Positions 1 to 9,461 of a DNA stretch of 64,000 bases are shown piece after piece (positions within the stretch are counted from its first letter, which is position 1; each line of letters begins with the position of its first letter). The notes beneath the pieces are model-generated. The model had not been told where the DNA came from. It worked only from the letters and a program-made list of their open reading frames with translations, and ran no database searches. Made by a program: the position numbers and the translations under genes. The stretch comes from Nitrospirota bacterium (GTDB taxonomy: Bacteria; Nitrospirota; UBA9217), in contig CAVWHO010000014.1 of NCBI GenBank assembly GCA_963754875.1, forward strand, positions 96,001-160,000, read 5' to 3'.

Positions 1-53
1 TGTCCCCACTGTATGAAGACATGATGAAAAAGAAACAGGCAGCAGCACGGTGA
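1..53 (+). CDS. iscS: 3' end of cysteine desulfurase (IscS/NifS), truncated by window edge
   Basis: Reads (M)SPLYEDMMKKKQAAAR*; MSPL[WY] is the typical IscS C-terminal motif; lies directly upstream of iscU. Confidence 0.7.
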   Translation, partial: SPLYEDMMKKKQAAAR

Positions 54-124
54 GCTGTGCCGAACGAGCTCCCTGCACTACAACTAATTACGACTAACCG
101 TCTTCGACGAATTTCAAGGAGGAA

Positions 125-556
125 ATGATGGAACAGTACAGCTCAAAAGTGATGGACCATTTTGCTCATCCCCATAACGTGGGAGAGATCGAGAATGCCG
201 ACGGCGTCGGCACGGTGGGGAACCCTGTGTGCGGCGACGTGATGCGCCTGTATATAAAGGTGGAAGGCAACGTCATCACCGATGCTAAATTCAAGACCTT
301 CGGGTGCGGTGCGGCAATTGCCACGAGCAGCATGGTGACCGACCTGGTGAAGGGCAAGAGCATCGACGAGGCGCTTAAAATTTCGAACGCTGCAGTTGCC
401 GAGGCGCTCGGCGGACTGCCGAAGGTGAAGATGCACTGCTCGGTGCTGGCAGAAGAGGCGCTCAAGTCCGCGCTCGATGATTACTACAAGAAAAAAGGGA
501 TTCCTTCGCCGGTGAAGATCTCCGCTGAATCAGGACACGAACACGAGATGGAGTAG
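125..556 (+). CDS. iscU: Fe-S cluster scaffold IscU/NifU-N
   Basis: YSxKVMDHFxHPHNVG, GNPVCGD, FGCGAAIA and KMHCSVLA motifs; SD-like aaggagg upstream. Confidence 0.95.
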   Translation: MMEQYSSKVMDHFAHPHNVGEIENADGVGTVGNPVCGDVMRLYIKVEGNVITDAKFKTFGCGAAIATSSMVTDLVKGKSIDEALKISNAAVAEALGGLPKVKMHCSVLAEEALKSALDDYYKKKGIPSPVKISAESGHEHEME

Positions 557-642
557 GGGATTAATCTGCCACGGATTCATGGATACGATTGCAGTCGATT
601 CGCGGTTCCGCAATTTCTATCCGTGGAAAAGAACTTTCTTAT

Positions 643-885
643 ATGGATATCAAGGACATCAAACCCGATGAAGTTCTGGACAGTGTCGGCCTGGCCTGTC
701 CGATGCCGATCTTCAAGACCTCGAACAAGATGAAAGAGCTGTCTTCCGGCCAGATCCTCGAAGTGCAGTCCGACGATGACGGCATAGTCAAGGACATGCC
801 CGCTTGGTGCAGGCTGACCGGCAATGAATATCTCGGCCTCGTCAAGGAGAATGGGGAGTATCACGTCTACGTTCGCAAGAAGTAA
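643..885 (+). CDS. TusA/SirA-family sulfur carrier
   Basis: LDSVGLACPMP motif, DMPAWC; about 80 aa from ATG 643. Confidence 0.9.
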   Translation: MDIKDIKPDEVLDSVGLACPMPIFKTSNKMKELSSGQILEVQSDDDGIVKDMPAWCRLTGNEYLGLVKENGEYHVYVRKK

Positions 886-1053
886 AGCTGCTCCTTCCCG
901 CTCTCAAGTGAACCGGTACTCGCCACCAACTTAAAAAAACCTTTCCCTAAAAAAAGAACTAAACTGCAGCAACGCTCCCGAGGTTTCCCCGTTTCCGTTT
1001 GACAACACCAGGGGGATAGTTTATTATCCATTTCGTTAGACGAGAGGAGCACG

Positions 1054-2130
1054 ATGCAGACCATAGTATCCCTGAAGGAAGGCGATTGGGTTGAAGAAGT
1101 TTATCTCGTCACGTCAAAGCAGGTTTCGACGGCAAAGAACGGCGTGACCTACCTTTCCCTCAAACTCGCAGATAAGACCGGAGAAATCGACGGGAGACTG
1201 TGGGACAACGCCGATGAAGTGGCTGGGAAATTCGAACGGGAAGATTTTGTCCGCATCAAAGGGATGACGTCGAACTACCAGGGTTCGCTGCAGATCAAGA
1301 TGAAGACCCTGGAAAAGGTCGACGACAGCAGGGTGGATATTGCCAACTTTCTCGAATGTTCGCCGCGCAATCCCGACGAGATGGTGGCGGAGCTGAAGGC
1401 GATTGCAGCGTCATTGTCCAACAGCTACCTCCGGCAGCTCATGAACGCTTTTCTGAACGACGAGCCGTTCATGGTGATGTTCAGGCGCACGCCGGCGGCC
1501 AAGACGCTGCATCATAATTATATCGGCGGCCTGCTTGAACACATAGTCGAGCTGATCGCGCTCAGCCGGGACGTGGCAAAGCACTTTCCGTCAATCGACA
1601 AAGACCTCCTGAGCGTGGGCGCGTTCCTGCATGACATCGGCAAGGTCCGCGAACTAGCCGTGAGAAAATCGATCGAGTACACCACCGAGGGACGGCTCAT
1701 CGGCCATATTTCCCTCGGGTACGAGATGATCGTCGAGAAGATCAAAGCCATTCCCGGATTTCCTGTGGAACTGACTATGCTGCTCAAACACATCATGCTG
1801 TCTCACCACGGCGAGTACGAGTTCGGTTCTCCCAAACGGCCGAAGATTCAGGAAGCGATCGTCATCAATTACCTGGATGATCTCGCAGCAAAGATCAACA
1901 ACTTCCAGGCGACGCTCAAGAAAGAGCAGGTGGCGGAGGGCGAGTGGACAGGCTTCAGCAAAATGCATGACCGCTATCTCTACCGGCAGAGGGCATTTTC
2001 CGAAGCCGAAAGCGATCGAGACATTGGTCCTGAGAGGCTCGAAGAGGGAAGACCGCACAATCCCAAGGACAAAAAGACGCCGCCCGCGGCAGGACACAAT
2101 GTATCCGGTAAATTGCCGCTGGATATATAA
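1054..2130 (+). CDS. yhaM: YhaM-like 3'-5' exoribonuclease (OB fold + HD domain)
   Basis: DKTGEIDGRLW OB fold; PAAKTLHHNYIGGLLEH, LHDIGK, SHHGEYEFGSPKRP. Confidence 0.9.
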   Translation: MQTIVSLKEGDWVEEVYLVTSKQVSTAKNGVTYLSLKLADKTGEIDGRLWDNADEVAGKFEREDFVRIKGMTSNYQGSLQIKMKTLEKVDDSRVDIANFLECSPRNPDEMVAELKAIAASLSNSYLRQLMNAFLNDEPFMVMFRRTPAAKTLHHNYIGGLLEHIVELIALSRDVAKHFPSIDKDLLSVGAFLHDIGKVRELAVRKSIEYTTEGRLIGHISLGYEMIVEKIKAIPGFPVELTMLLKHIMLSHHGEYEFGSPKRPKIQEAIVINYLDDLAAKINNFQATLKKEQVAEGEWTGFSKMHDRYLYRQRAFSEAESDRDIGPERLEEGRPHNPKDKKTPPAAGHNVSGKLPLDI

Positions 2131-2189
2131 CGGCATTCGCTGAATGCCGAATTGAAATCTCCCATTTCCAATTCAGTTTGAGGTGTTCC

Positions 2190-3095
2190 ATGTTCGGCGT
2201 ACTCCGCAGCCTGAGCGAAGGGCTCGCTAAAACGAGGAAGAATTTAACCGATAGAATCGGAACACTGGTCCTCGGCGAAAAAATTGATGAAGCGTTCCTC
2301 GACGAGCTTGAAGAAGCGCTCATAGCTTCCGATGTCGGCGTCGAAACGGCCTCATTCGTGTTGAAGGACTTGAAAGAACGCTTCAAGCGCCAGGAACTGT
2401 CTTCATCTGCACAGGTGAAAGATCGGCTGAAGCAGGTCCTGTTCGAGATCCTGGCAGGTCGCTCTTCGCAACTGTCCATTGCCGCTTCACCCAGCGTCAT
2501 CCTTGTCGTGGGAGTGAACGGTACGGGCAAGACCACGTCGATCGGCAAGCTGGCATACCGCCTTCATGGAGAAGGGAAGAAGGTGATGCTTGCTGCCGGG
2601 GACACGTTTCGCGCTGCAGCCTCGGAGCAGCTCTCGATCTGGGGCGCGCGCACCGGCATTCCGGTGATTAAGCACCGCGAAGGCGCCGATCCGAGTGCAG
2701 TCGTGTTCGACGCGGTGACTGCGGCGAAGGCGCGGGAGATGGATGTGCTCATCGTGGACACGGCAGGCAGGCTGCATACAAAATCGAACCTCATGGAAGA
2801 GCTTAAAAAAGTGAAGCGCATTCTTTCCCGTGAACTGCCGGGGGCCCCGCAGGAAACGCTTCTTGTCCTCGACGGCAATACGGGCCAGAATGCTCTCGTG
2901 CAGGCGAAAATGTTCAACGAAACAGTAGGAGTGAGCGGCATCGTATTGACGAAGCTTGACGGGACATCGAAGGGCGGCATTGTCTTTGCCATCAACAAGG
3001 AACTTGGGATCCCGGTGAAGTTTGTGGGCATCGGCGAGGCCATGGAAGACCTGAGGAGCTTTGACCCGAAGGAGTTCGTGGACGCATTGCTGTAA
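2190..3095 (+). CDS. ftsY: SRP receptor FtsY (short, no acidic A domain)
   Basis: GVNGTGKTT, DTFRAAA, DTAGRLH, TKLDGTSKGG. Confidence 0.97.
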   Translation: MFGVLRSLSEGLAKTRKNLTDRIGTLVLGEKIDEAFLDELEEALIASDVGVETASFVLKDLKERFKRQELSSSAQVKDRLKQVLFEILAGRSSQLSIAASPSVILVVGVNGTGKTTSIGKLAYRLHGEGKKVMLAAGDTFRAAASEQLSIWGARTGIPVIKHREGADPSAVVFDAVTAAKAREMDVLIVDTAGRLHTKSNLMEELKKVKRILSRELPGAPQETLLVLDGNTGQNALVQAKMFNETVGVSGIVLTKLDGTSKGGIVFAINKELGIPVKFVGIGEAMEDLRSFDPKEFVDALL

Positions 3096-3150
3096 GAGTA
3101 AAGGGTAGAGCGCAGAGGGTAAGTAATCGCTCTATCCTCTATGCGCTATG
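3095..3150. repeat. Inverted pair of short degenerate heptamer arrays
   Basis: agagtaa/agggtag/agcgcag/agggtaa followed by ctctatc/ctctatg/cgctatg. Confidence 0.5.
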
Positions 3151-3197
3151 CTTTCTCCAGATCTTTGACGCTTTTAATGTTGTATGATGGAGTCATC

Positions 3198-3485
3198 ATG
3201 GAACGCGTGCAGGTCGAGATATACGGACAGGCCTACAACCTTAAGGGAGGAAACGATCCTGCCTATACGCGCGAACTGGCAGCATATGTAGACGGGAAAA
3301 TGAGGGAGATCGAGAAGGGAACGGGCACCGTTGATCCTCTTCGTGTAGCTATTTTGACCGCCCTCACCGTAGCCGATGAACTCAACCAAGAGCGAAAGCG
3401 ATGTGGTGACTTAGAAAATACGGCTGGTAGCGCGGTCAAACGCCTGATGGAACTTACGCAGGATGCCTCCGATGAGACGATATAG
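3198..3485 (+). CDS. zapA: Cell division protein ZapA
   Basis: VQVEIYGQAYNL, LAAYVDGKMREI, VAILTALTVADEL; adjacent to 6S RNA. Confidence 0.92.
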   Translation: MERVQVEIYGQAYNLKGGNDPAYTRELAAYVDGKMREIEKGTGTVDPLRVAILTALTVADELNQERKRCGDLENTAGSAVKRLMELTQDASDETI

Positions 3486-3705
3486 ATATATAGGAAGCCA
3501 GCGCGAGAAACATCATGTGCTTTAGCGGCGAGAGTACGACAACTATTAATTATTTCACGCAGGGATATTTTTAGGTATAGAGCACGCTGATAACACACCA
3601 AAACTAAATGATATTTTCTGTTCCTTATCCTCCTACCACCCATTTTTATCCTTGCCATTTTTAGTTGTTTCTGGTATATACTCTATAGGGTTAACGAATA
3701 AAAAC

Positions 3706-3883
3706 GTCCCCTGCTTTGCGCGTGATAGTTAAGTCTTGTTCCTCGTGAATAAAAAATAACGGGAGCTATCTTCGGGAAAGGGTGTGCATGCCCAGATAGG
3801 ACTGGGAAGCCTAAACTTTCCTACATGGCGCCCACCTGGTCATACCAGGAAACAAGTCTATCTGCACGGCAAAAGCGGGGGAT
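3706..3883 (+). ncRNA. ssrS: 6S RNA
   Basis: About 180-nt rod: 5' gtcccctgctttgc...cttgttcct pairs with 3' aggaaacaag...gcaaaagcggggga; gggagc/gcccacc internal stem; canonical position after zapA. Confidence 0.88.
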
Positions 3884-3893
3884 TTTTAATATT

Positions 3894-3922
3894 TTGACGT
3901 TTAGGTATCATGCTCGTATCAT
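3894..3922 (+). promoter_or_regulatory. Sigma70-type promoter for the rarA-rny-ymdB-xseA operon
   Basis: TTGACG-N17-TATCAT. Confidence 0.6.
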
Positions 3923-4118
3923 AATCATCAATTTTTAAAATTGTGTATCGACACAAGTTTGAAAGGAGCGGGAAGCATGGCTCCGGCGCTTGTGATAGAT
4001 GGTGCAATGTGTCGGCAATGTCCCTGAGGAAGAGACAAAGAATACTAATCCTATAATGATTCTCCCTTGAGGACCGTACAAGGATTGTTTTACCAGCACT
4101 GTAACACTCTGAGATTAT

Positions 4119-4285
4119 GGGGTTTATTATTTATACATATACACGCCGAACGGTAACACCGGGAATTGATGTTCCGGAGACCAGGTTTACAACGGTCTTT
4201 CGAGAGAGCCGTGCTTCGCTATCTCCTGGAATATCAAGATGTTCCCAGATGTTCGTCAACACCCCAGGATCCTCAGGAAACTGAG
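4119..4285 (+). ncRNA. Putative structured RNA / leader element
   Basis: gggaa-ttgatgttcc-ggaga (4161-4180) pairs with tctcc-t-ggaatatcaa..ttccc (4222-4246); apical UUCG loop; ctcag-gaaa-ctgag hairpin follows. Confidence 0.45.
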
Positions 4286-4351
4286 CTGGTCAAAGCCGTC
4301 AGCCGTCTTCCAATCTATCGCTAGCCCCGTAAGCCCTCCTGAAGCACAACG

Positions 4352-5695
4352 TTGGGTCTGAAGAACCTCAAAAAACAACCACAGCTTGATGCTCTCGCTG
4401 TTGAGCCATCGGAACCGCCTCTTGCCTGGAGAATGCGGCCCCGCGACCTGTCAGAGTTCGCAGGGCAAAAACATATTCTCGGCGAGGGCAAACTCCTTCG
4501 GAGGGCCATCGAGACTGACCGTTTCATGTCGCTCATCCTCTACGGTCCTCCGGGAGTCGGTAAAACCGCGCTTGCGCATCTGATCGCCGAGAGAAGCAGC
4601 GCTCATTTTCTGTCGCTGAATGCAGTTACGGCTGGTGTTGCCGATATCCGGAAAGTGACCCAGGAGGCAGCGCTGGAACGGGGCCAAAGCGGCAAGCGGA
4701 CCGTGCTCTTCATCGACGAGATCCATCGCTTTACACGCGTCCAGCAGGACGCGCTTTTGCCTGATGTGGAGCGTGGCAACATCACCCTCATCGGCGCCTC
4801 GACCTCGAACCCTTTTTTTGCGATCATCCCCGCGCTTTCTTCCCGTTCGCAGATTTTCGAATTCAAGCCGCTCGGAAACGAAGACATCAAGTCCCTCCTC
4901 CTCCGTGCGCTTTCCGATAAGGAACGAGGCCTCGGAAAACTTTCGATAACATTGACGCCGGAAGCACTGGAGCTGATCGTTGCAAAGTCAAACGGGGACG
5001 CGCGGCGGGCGCTGAATGCTTTGGAACTGGGCGCGCTGTCAACCGCCCCGCTTCCCGATGGAACGATCCTGTACGATCTGCAAGCAGCCGAGGAGTCCAT
5101 TCAGAAGAAGGCGCTCGTTTATGACGAGGACGAACATTACGACACCATTTCCGCGTTCATCAAAAGCATGCGCGGCAGCGATCCTGATGCAACGCTCTAC
5201 TGGATGGCGAAGATGATTTACGCCGGCGAGGACCCTTTGTTCATCGCCCGCAGGATTGTCATCGCTGCGAGCGAGGACGTGGGGAATGCCGACCCGCGGG
5301 CGTTGTTTGTCGCCGTTTCCGCGTACCAGGCAGTGGAGCGGATAGGCATGCCCGAGGGCCAACTGCCCCTGGCGCAGGCCGCCGTGTACGTCGCATCGGC
5401 GCCCAAGAGCAATGCATCCTACCTCGGGATCAAGGCAGCGATGAAGGACGTGGAGGAGGGGAACCTTCTGCCGGTACCTGACCACCTGAAGGACGCACAC
5501 TACAAAGGCGCCGTACGGCTTGGCAGAGGCAAAGGCTACAAATATCCGCATGATTTCCCGGGCCACTATACGGCCCAGGATTACCTCCCGCAGAAGCGGG
5601 AGTATTACCGTCCCACGGAACAGGGCGAGGAAAAGCGAATCAAGGAGCGCCTCGCCGGACTGAGGAAGAGATTCCAGGAGGAAAAGAATGATTGA
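4352..5695 (+). CDS. rarA: Replication-associated recombination protein RarA/MgsA (AAA+)
   Basis: [47 protein letters not shown]. Confidence 0.96.
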   Translation: MGLKNLKKQPQLDALAVEPSEPPLAWRMRPRDLSEFAGQKHILGEGKLLRRAIETDRFMSLILYGPPGVGKTALAHLIAERSSAHFLSLNAVTAGVADIRKVTQEAALERGQSGKRTVLFIDEIHRFTRVQQDALLPDVERGNITLIGASTSNPFFAIIPALSSRSQIFEFKPLGNEDIKSLLLRALSDKERGLGKLSITLTPEALELIVAKSNGDARRALNALELGALSTAPLPDGTILYDLQAAEESIQKKALVYDEDEHYDTISAFIKSMRGSDPDATLYWMAKMIYAGEDPLFIARRIVIAASEDVGNADPRALFVAVSAYQAVERIGMPEGQLPLAQAAVYVASAPKSNASYLGIKAAMKDVEEGNLLPVPDHLKDAHYKGAVRLGRGKGYKYPHDFPGHYTAQDYLPQKREYYRPTEQGEEKRIKERLAGLRKRFQEEKND

Positions 5696-7244
5696 ATATA
5701 TTGTGCTGCTGATCGTAGGGCTTGCCGTCGGACTCGGCGCCGGCCTGCTGATCAAAAGTAAGTCGGCTGCAGGCAAGATCAAGGACGCGGAAGCAGAAGC
5801 GGCCCGCATCATCGCCAATGCCGAGCGCGAAGCAGAGACCAAACGCAAGGAGTCCGTACTCGAGGCAAAGGACAAGTTCTACCAGGCGCGGGCAGACTTC
5901 GAAAAAGAGACCCGCGAAAAGCGGCAGGAACTTCAGAACCAGGAACGCCGGCTCACCCAGAAGGAAGAGAGCCTCGAAAAGAAGATGGACCTGATCGAAA
6001 AGCGGGAGGGGGACGCGGTGCGCCGCGAACGCGAACTCTCTGCGCGCGAAAAGGTAGCGATTGAAAAAGAGGAACGCTTCGACAAGGGCCTGCGCGAACA
6101 GCGCGAAATGCTCGAGAAGATCGCGAACATGACGGCTGAGGAGGCCAAGCGCCAGCTCATGCTTTCCATGGAGGACGAGGCGAAGTTCGAGGCGGCCAAG
6201 TCCATCAAGCGGATCGAGGACGAAGCAAAGGAAGAAGCGGACAAGAAGTCCAAGAACATCATCAGCCTGGCGATCCAGCGGTACGCCAGCGACTACGTGG
6301 CTGAAGCAACGGTCTCGGTCGTGAACCTTCCGAACGACGAGATGAAGGGGCGCATCATCGGGCGGGAGGGCCGGAACATACGTGCCATCGAAGCCGCAAC
6401 CGGCATCGATCTGATCATCGACGATACGCCAGAAGCGGTTATCCTGTCCTGCTACGATCCGCTCCGGCGCGAGATCGCCCGCATGACCATAGAACGTTTG
6501 ATGCAGGACGGACGCATCCATCCTGCCAGGATCGAAGAGATCGCCGAAAAAGTGAAGAAGGACCTCGACATTGCCATGAAAGACGAGGGCGAGAAGGCGG
6601 CCTTCGATCTGGGGCTTCATAACATCCACCCCGAGATCATCAAGCTCCTGGGAAGGCTCAGGTTCCGGACGAGCTACGGCCAAAACGTGCTCATGCATTC
6701 CCGCGAGGTTGCGTACTTTGCGGGTATCATGGCGGCGGAATGCGGCGTGGACCAGAAACTCGCGCGCAGGGCAGGCCTGCTGCACGACCTGGGCAAGGCT
6801 GTCGACCACGAGGTGGAGGGGACCCATCCGCAACTCGGCGGCGACCTTGCCAAGAAGTACGGCGAGAACCCCAAGGTGATCAACGCGATCATGACCCACC
6901 ACGGAGACGGCGAGCCGAATTGCGTCGAGTCCGTGCTGGTCGCGGCCGCGGATGCGCTCTCGGCAGGCAGGCCCGGCGTGCGGCGTGAGACGCTCGAAAG
7001 CTACCTCAAGAGGCTGGAGCAGCTCGAAACAGCGGCAAATTCCTTCAAGGGAGTCGAGAAGTCCTATGCCATCCAGGCGGGCCGCGAGATCCGGATCATT
7101 GTGAAGCCTGAAGACCTTTCGGACGCCCACTCGGCCCAGCTTTCACGTGATATCGCCAAGAAGATCGAGACCGAGATGTCCTATCCCGGCCAGATCAAGG
7201 TGACCGTGGTTCGCGAGAGCAGGTACGTGGAGTTCGCGAAGTAG
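5688..7244 (+). CDS. rny: Ribonuclease Y
   Basis: N-terminal TM, coiled coil, KH ([14 protein letters not shown]), HD (LLHDLGK), [10 protein letters not shown]. Confidence 0.98.
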   Translation: MIEYIVLLIVGLAVGLGAGLLIKSKSAAGKIKDAEAEAARIIANAEREAETKRKESVLEAKDKFYQARADFEKETREKRQELQNQERRLTQKEESLEKKMDLIEKREGDAVRRERELSAREKVAIEKEERFDKGLREQREMLEKIANMTAEEAKRQLMLSMEDEAKFEAAKSIKRIEDEAKEEADKKSKNIISLAIQRYASDYVAEATVSVVNLPNDEMKGRIIGREGRNIRAIEAATGIDLIIDDTPEAVILSCYDPLRREIARMTIERLMQDGRIHPARIEEIAEKVKKDLDIAMKDEGEKAAFDLGLHNIHPEIIKLLGRLRFRTSYGQNVLMHSREVAYFAGIMAAECGVDQKLARRAGLLHDLGKAVDHEVEGTHPQLGGDLAKKYGENPKVINAIMTHHGDGEPNCVESVLVAAADALSAGRPGVRRETLESYLKRLEQLETAANSFKGVEKSYAIQAGREIRIIVKPEDLSDAHSAQLSRDIAKKIETEMSYPGQIKVTVVRESRYVEFAK

Positions 7245-7255
7245 ATATTTCGAGA

Positions 7256-7325
7256 AGCCAGGAGACTGGAGTCAGTATCCAGAAGAGTTTCAGCCCCTTC
7301 TGGGCTTCCGGCTCCTGACTTCTGA
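7256..7325. repeat. Inverted pair of degenerate heptamer arrays
   Basis: agccagg/agactgg/agtcagt/atccaga followed by cttccgg/ctcctga/cttctga. Confidence 0.5.
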
Positions 7326-7340
7326 ATACCTGGGGGAGTA

Positions 7341-8117
7341 TTGAAGGTCCTATTCATCGGCGATATCATCGGCGAGCCGGGCAGAAAAATGGTCCGCGCA
7401 AACATACGCACGCTCCTGGAAAGCCATGCACCCGATCTCGTGATCGCCAACGGAGAGAATTCCGCCGGCGGTTTCGGCATCACCTCTGAGATCGCCGAGG
7501 AGTTGTTTTCTCTCGGGATCCATGTGCTGACCTCGGGCAACCATGTGTGGGACAAAAAGGAGATAGAACCCTACCTGACCAAACAGGACCGGCTCATCAG
7601 GCCTGCAAATTATCCTTCGGGAAACCCGGGTTACGGAAGCGTTGTCATTTCCACGAAGGCAGGGAAAGCCGCAGTATTGAACCTCGAAGGCAGGGTCTTC
7701 ATGTCCAACCTCGAAGACCCCTTCCGTGTTGCCGAGCGCGAAATTGAAAAACTAAAGAAAGAAACACCCGTCGTGATCATCGACTTTCATGCCGAAGCCA
7801 CATCCGAGAAAGTCGCTCTCGCCTGGCATGTGGACGGCAAGGCGAGCGCGGTGATCGGGACCCATACCCATGTACAGACCGCGGACGAGCGCATCTTGAG
7901 CGCAGGCACTGCCTTCATCACCGATGCGGGGATGACCGGGCCCACGGACTCGGTGATCGGCGTCAAAAAAGAGCAGGCCATAGCGCGATTCCTCTACCAG
8001 ACACCGCACCGGTTCGAGATCCCTAAAGGGCCGGTCCATTTGAACGCGGTGCTCCTCGATATTGAAGAAAAAACAGGAAAGGCGAGAGGGATCGAGCGAA
8101 TACAGATAAAATCGTAA
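7341..8117 (+). CDS. ymdB: YmdB-family metallophosphoesterase
   Basis: GDIIGEPG, ANGENSAGG, GNHVWD, DFHAEATSEK, GTHTHVQTAD; follows rny. Confidence 0.95.
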   Translation: MKVLFIGDIIGEPGRKMVRANIRTLLESHAPDLVIANGENSAGGFGITSEIAEELFSLGIHVLTSGNHVWDKKEIEPYLTKQDRLIRPANYPSGNPGYGSVVISTKAGKAAVLNLEGRVFMSNLEDPFRVAEREIEKLKKETPVVIIDFHAEATSEKVALAWHVDGKASAVIGTHTHVQTADERILSAGTAFITDAGMTGPTDSVIGVKKEQAIARFLYQTPHRFEIPKGPVHLNAVLLDIEEKTGKARGIERIQIKS

Positions 8118-8129
8118 CTGTCCGGGAGC

Positions 8130-9350
8130 ATGGGCCACGTGTCTAGTACGACTCACATCTTAACCGTAACACAGCTTACCTCGCACATCAAGAGCCTGTT
8201 GGAAGGCTCTTTCCCCGATGTCTGGGTCGAAGGCGAACTATCGAACCTCAGCGTCCCTCAGTCCGGTCATGCCTATTTCACCCTCAAAGATCAGCAGAGC
8301 CAGATCAGGGCGGTCTTGTTCCGTTCTTCCCATCGCTTTCTCAAGTTCACGCTCGAACACGGCATGCACGTGATCTGCCGCGGACGCGTGAGCGTGTACG
8401 AACCGCGCGGCGAGTACCAGCTTATCCTCGATTATGTCGAACCCAAGGGCGTCGGCGCGCTCCAACTGGCTTTCGAACAGCTCAAGGACCGTCTTGAAAA
8501 AGAGGGGCTCTTCGACCTGGACCGCAAGAAACCGCTGCCGGTCCTTCCGCAACGCATCGGAATCATTACGTCGCCGAGCGGTGCTGCCATCCGCGACATG
8601 TTGCGGGTGATAAAACGGCGGCATCCCAAAATGCAGATCCTTATCTATCCCGTGCCGGTACAGGGCGTTGAGGCGGCTCCCGCTCTGGTAGAAGCGCTAC
8701 GTTATTTTAACCGTGAGCAGAATGTGGACGTCCTTATCGTCGGCCGCGGCGGAGGGTCGCTTGAGGACCTCTGGGCCTTTAATGAAGAAGCGGTGGCCCG
8801 CGCGATCTATGCATCGAAACTTCCGGTCATCTCCGCAGTCGGGCATGAGACTGATTATACGATCTCCGATTTCGTTGCCGACCTGCGGGCGCCGACGCCG
8901 TCGGCTGCCGCCGAGATGGTGGTAGAGAGCGAAGAAAATTTTCGGGTGAGTATTGGCACACTCGAGTCGCGGCTCGTCAGAAGTATGAAGCAGCTGCTTG
9001 AGCAGGTGCGTTCCTCAGTCCGCGAAAACATGCGCATTCTGGGAGATCCCCGCAGAGGATTGGAGCAGTTCAGCCAGCGGCTCGATGATCTGGTTCACCG
9101 CATGGCGATGGAGATCGGTCACCGGGTGCGCAGGGACAGGGCGCGGCTCACGGCACTTACTGCGGGTCTGGACCACCTGAACCCGCTCGCTATTCTTGCA
9201 CGGGGCTACAGTATTACCCGGAACCATCCATCGGGAACGGTCCTGAAAGACGCTGCCGAGGTCAAACGCGGGGATTACCTCAGCACGAAACTGCACAATG
9301 GTATTGTGTTTTCACGCGTAGAAAAAACGGAGAACGACAGGAGTAGTTGA
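8130..9350 (+). CDS. xseA: Exodeoxyribonuclease VII large subunit
   Basis: VWVEGELSN, SGHAYFTLKD, RGGGSLEDLWAFN, VGHETD, APTPSAAAE, LARGYS. Confidence 0.97.
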   Translation: MGHVSSTTHILTVTQLTSHIKSLLEGSFPDVWVEGELSNLSVPQSGHAYFTLKDQQSQIRAVLFRSSHRFLKFTLEHGMHVICRGRVSVYEPRGEYQLILDYVEPKGVGALQLAFEQLKDRLEKEGLFDLDRKKPLPVLPQRIGIITSPSGAAIRDMLRVIKRRHPKMQILIYPVPVQGVEAAPALVEALRYFNREQNVDVLIVGRGGGSLEDLWAFNEEAVARAIYASKLPVISAVGHETDYTISDFVADLRAPTPSAAAEMVVESEENFRVSIGTLESRLVRSMKQLLEQVRSSVRENMRILGDPRRGLEQFSQRLDDLVHRMAMEIGHRVRRDRARLTALTAGLDHLNPLAILARGYSITRNHPSGTVLKDAAEVKRGDYLSTKLHNGIVFSRVEKTENDRSS

Positions 9351-9424
9351 AACAACGCACTACTCTGCCCCGGAGGCGGTGAACAATAATGTGTTCGCAT
9401 GGTGCAGAGGCTGACAAAATATCT

Positions 9425-9453
9425 TTGACACAGCATTATTTTTGAGATACTCT
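9425..9453 (+). promoter_or_regulatory. Sigma70 promoter, probably giving a (near-)leaderless transcript
   Basis: TTGACA-N17-TACTCT, 8 nt before ATG 9462; no SD. Confidence 0.55.
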
Positions 9454-9461
9454 GTACTACG

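Noticed and set aside
3977..4027. 16-aa ORF MAPALVIDGAMCRQCP after aaaggag in the rarA leader
   Set aside because: Too short, and without conservation data it cannot be supported as a leader peptide
5640..7130. Long antisense ORFs (496 aa here; also 28729-29910 and 22978-24318)
   Set aside because: Shadow frames of rny, pntB and the Ig-repeat gene caused by codon bias and repeats; no motifs
9351..9461. Expected xseB after xseA
   Set aside because: No suitable ORF; xseA and xseB are often unlinked, so this is not remarkable
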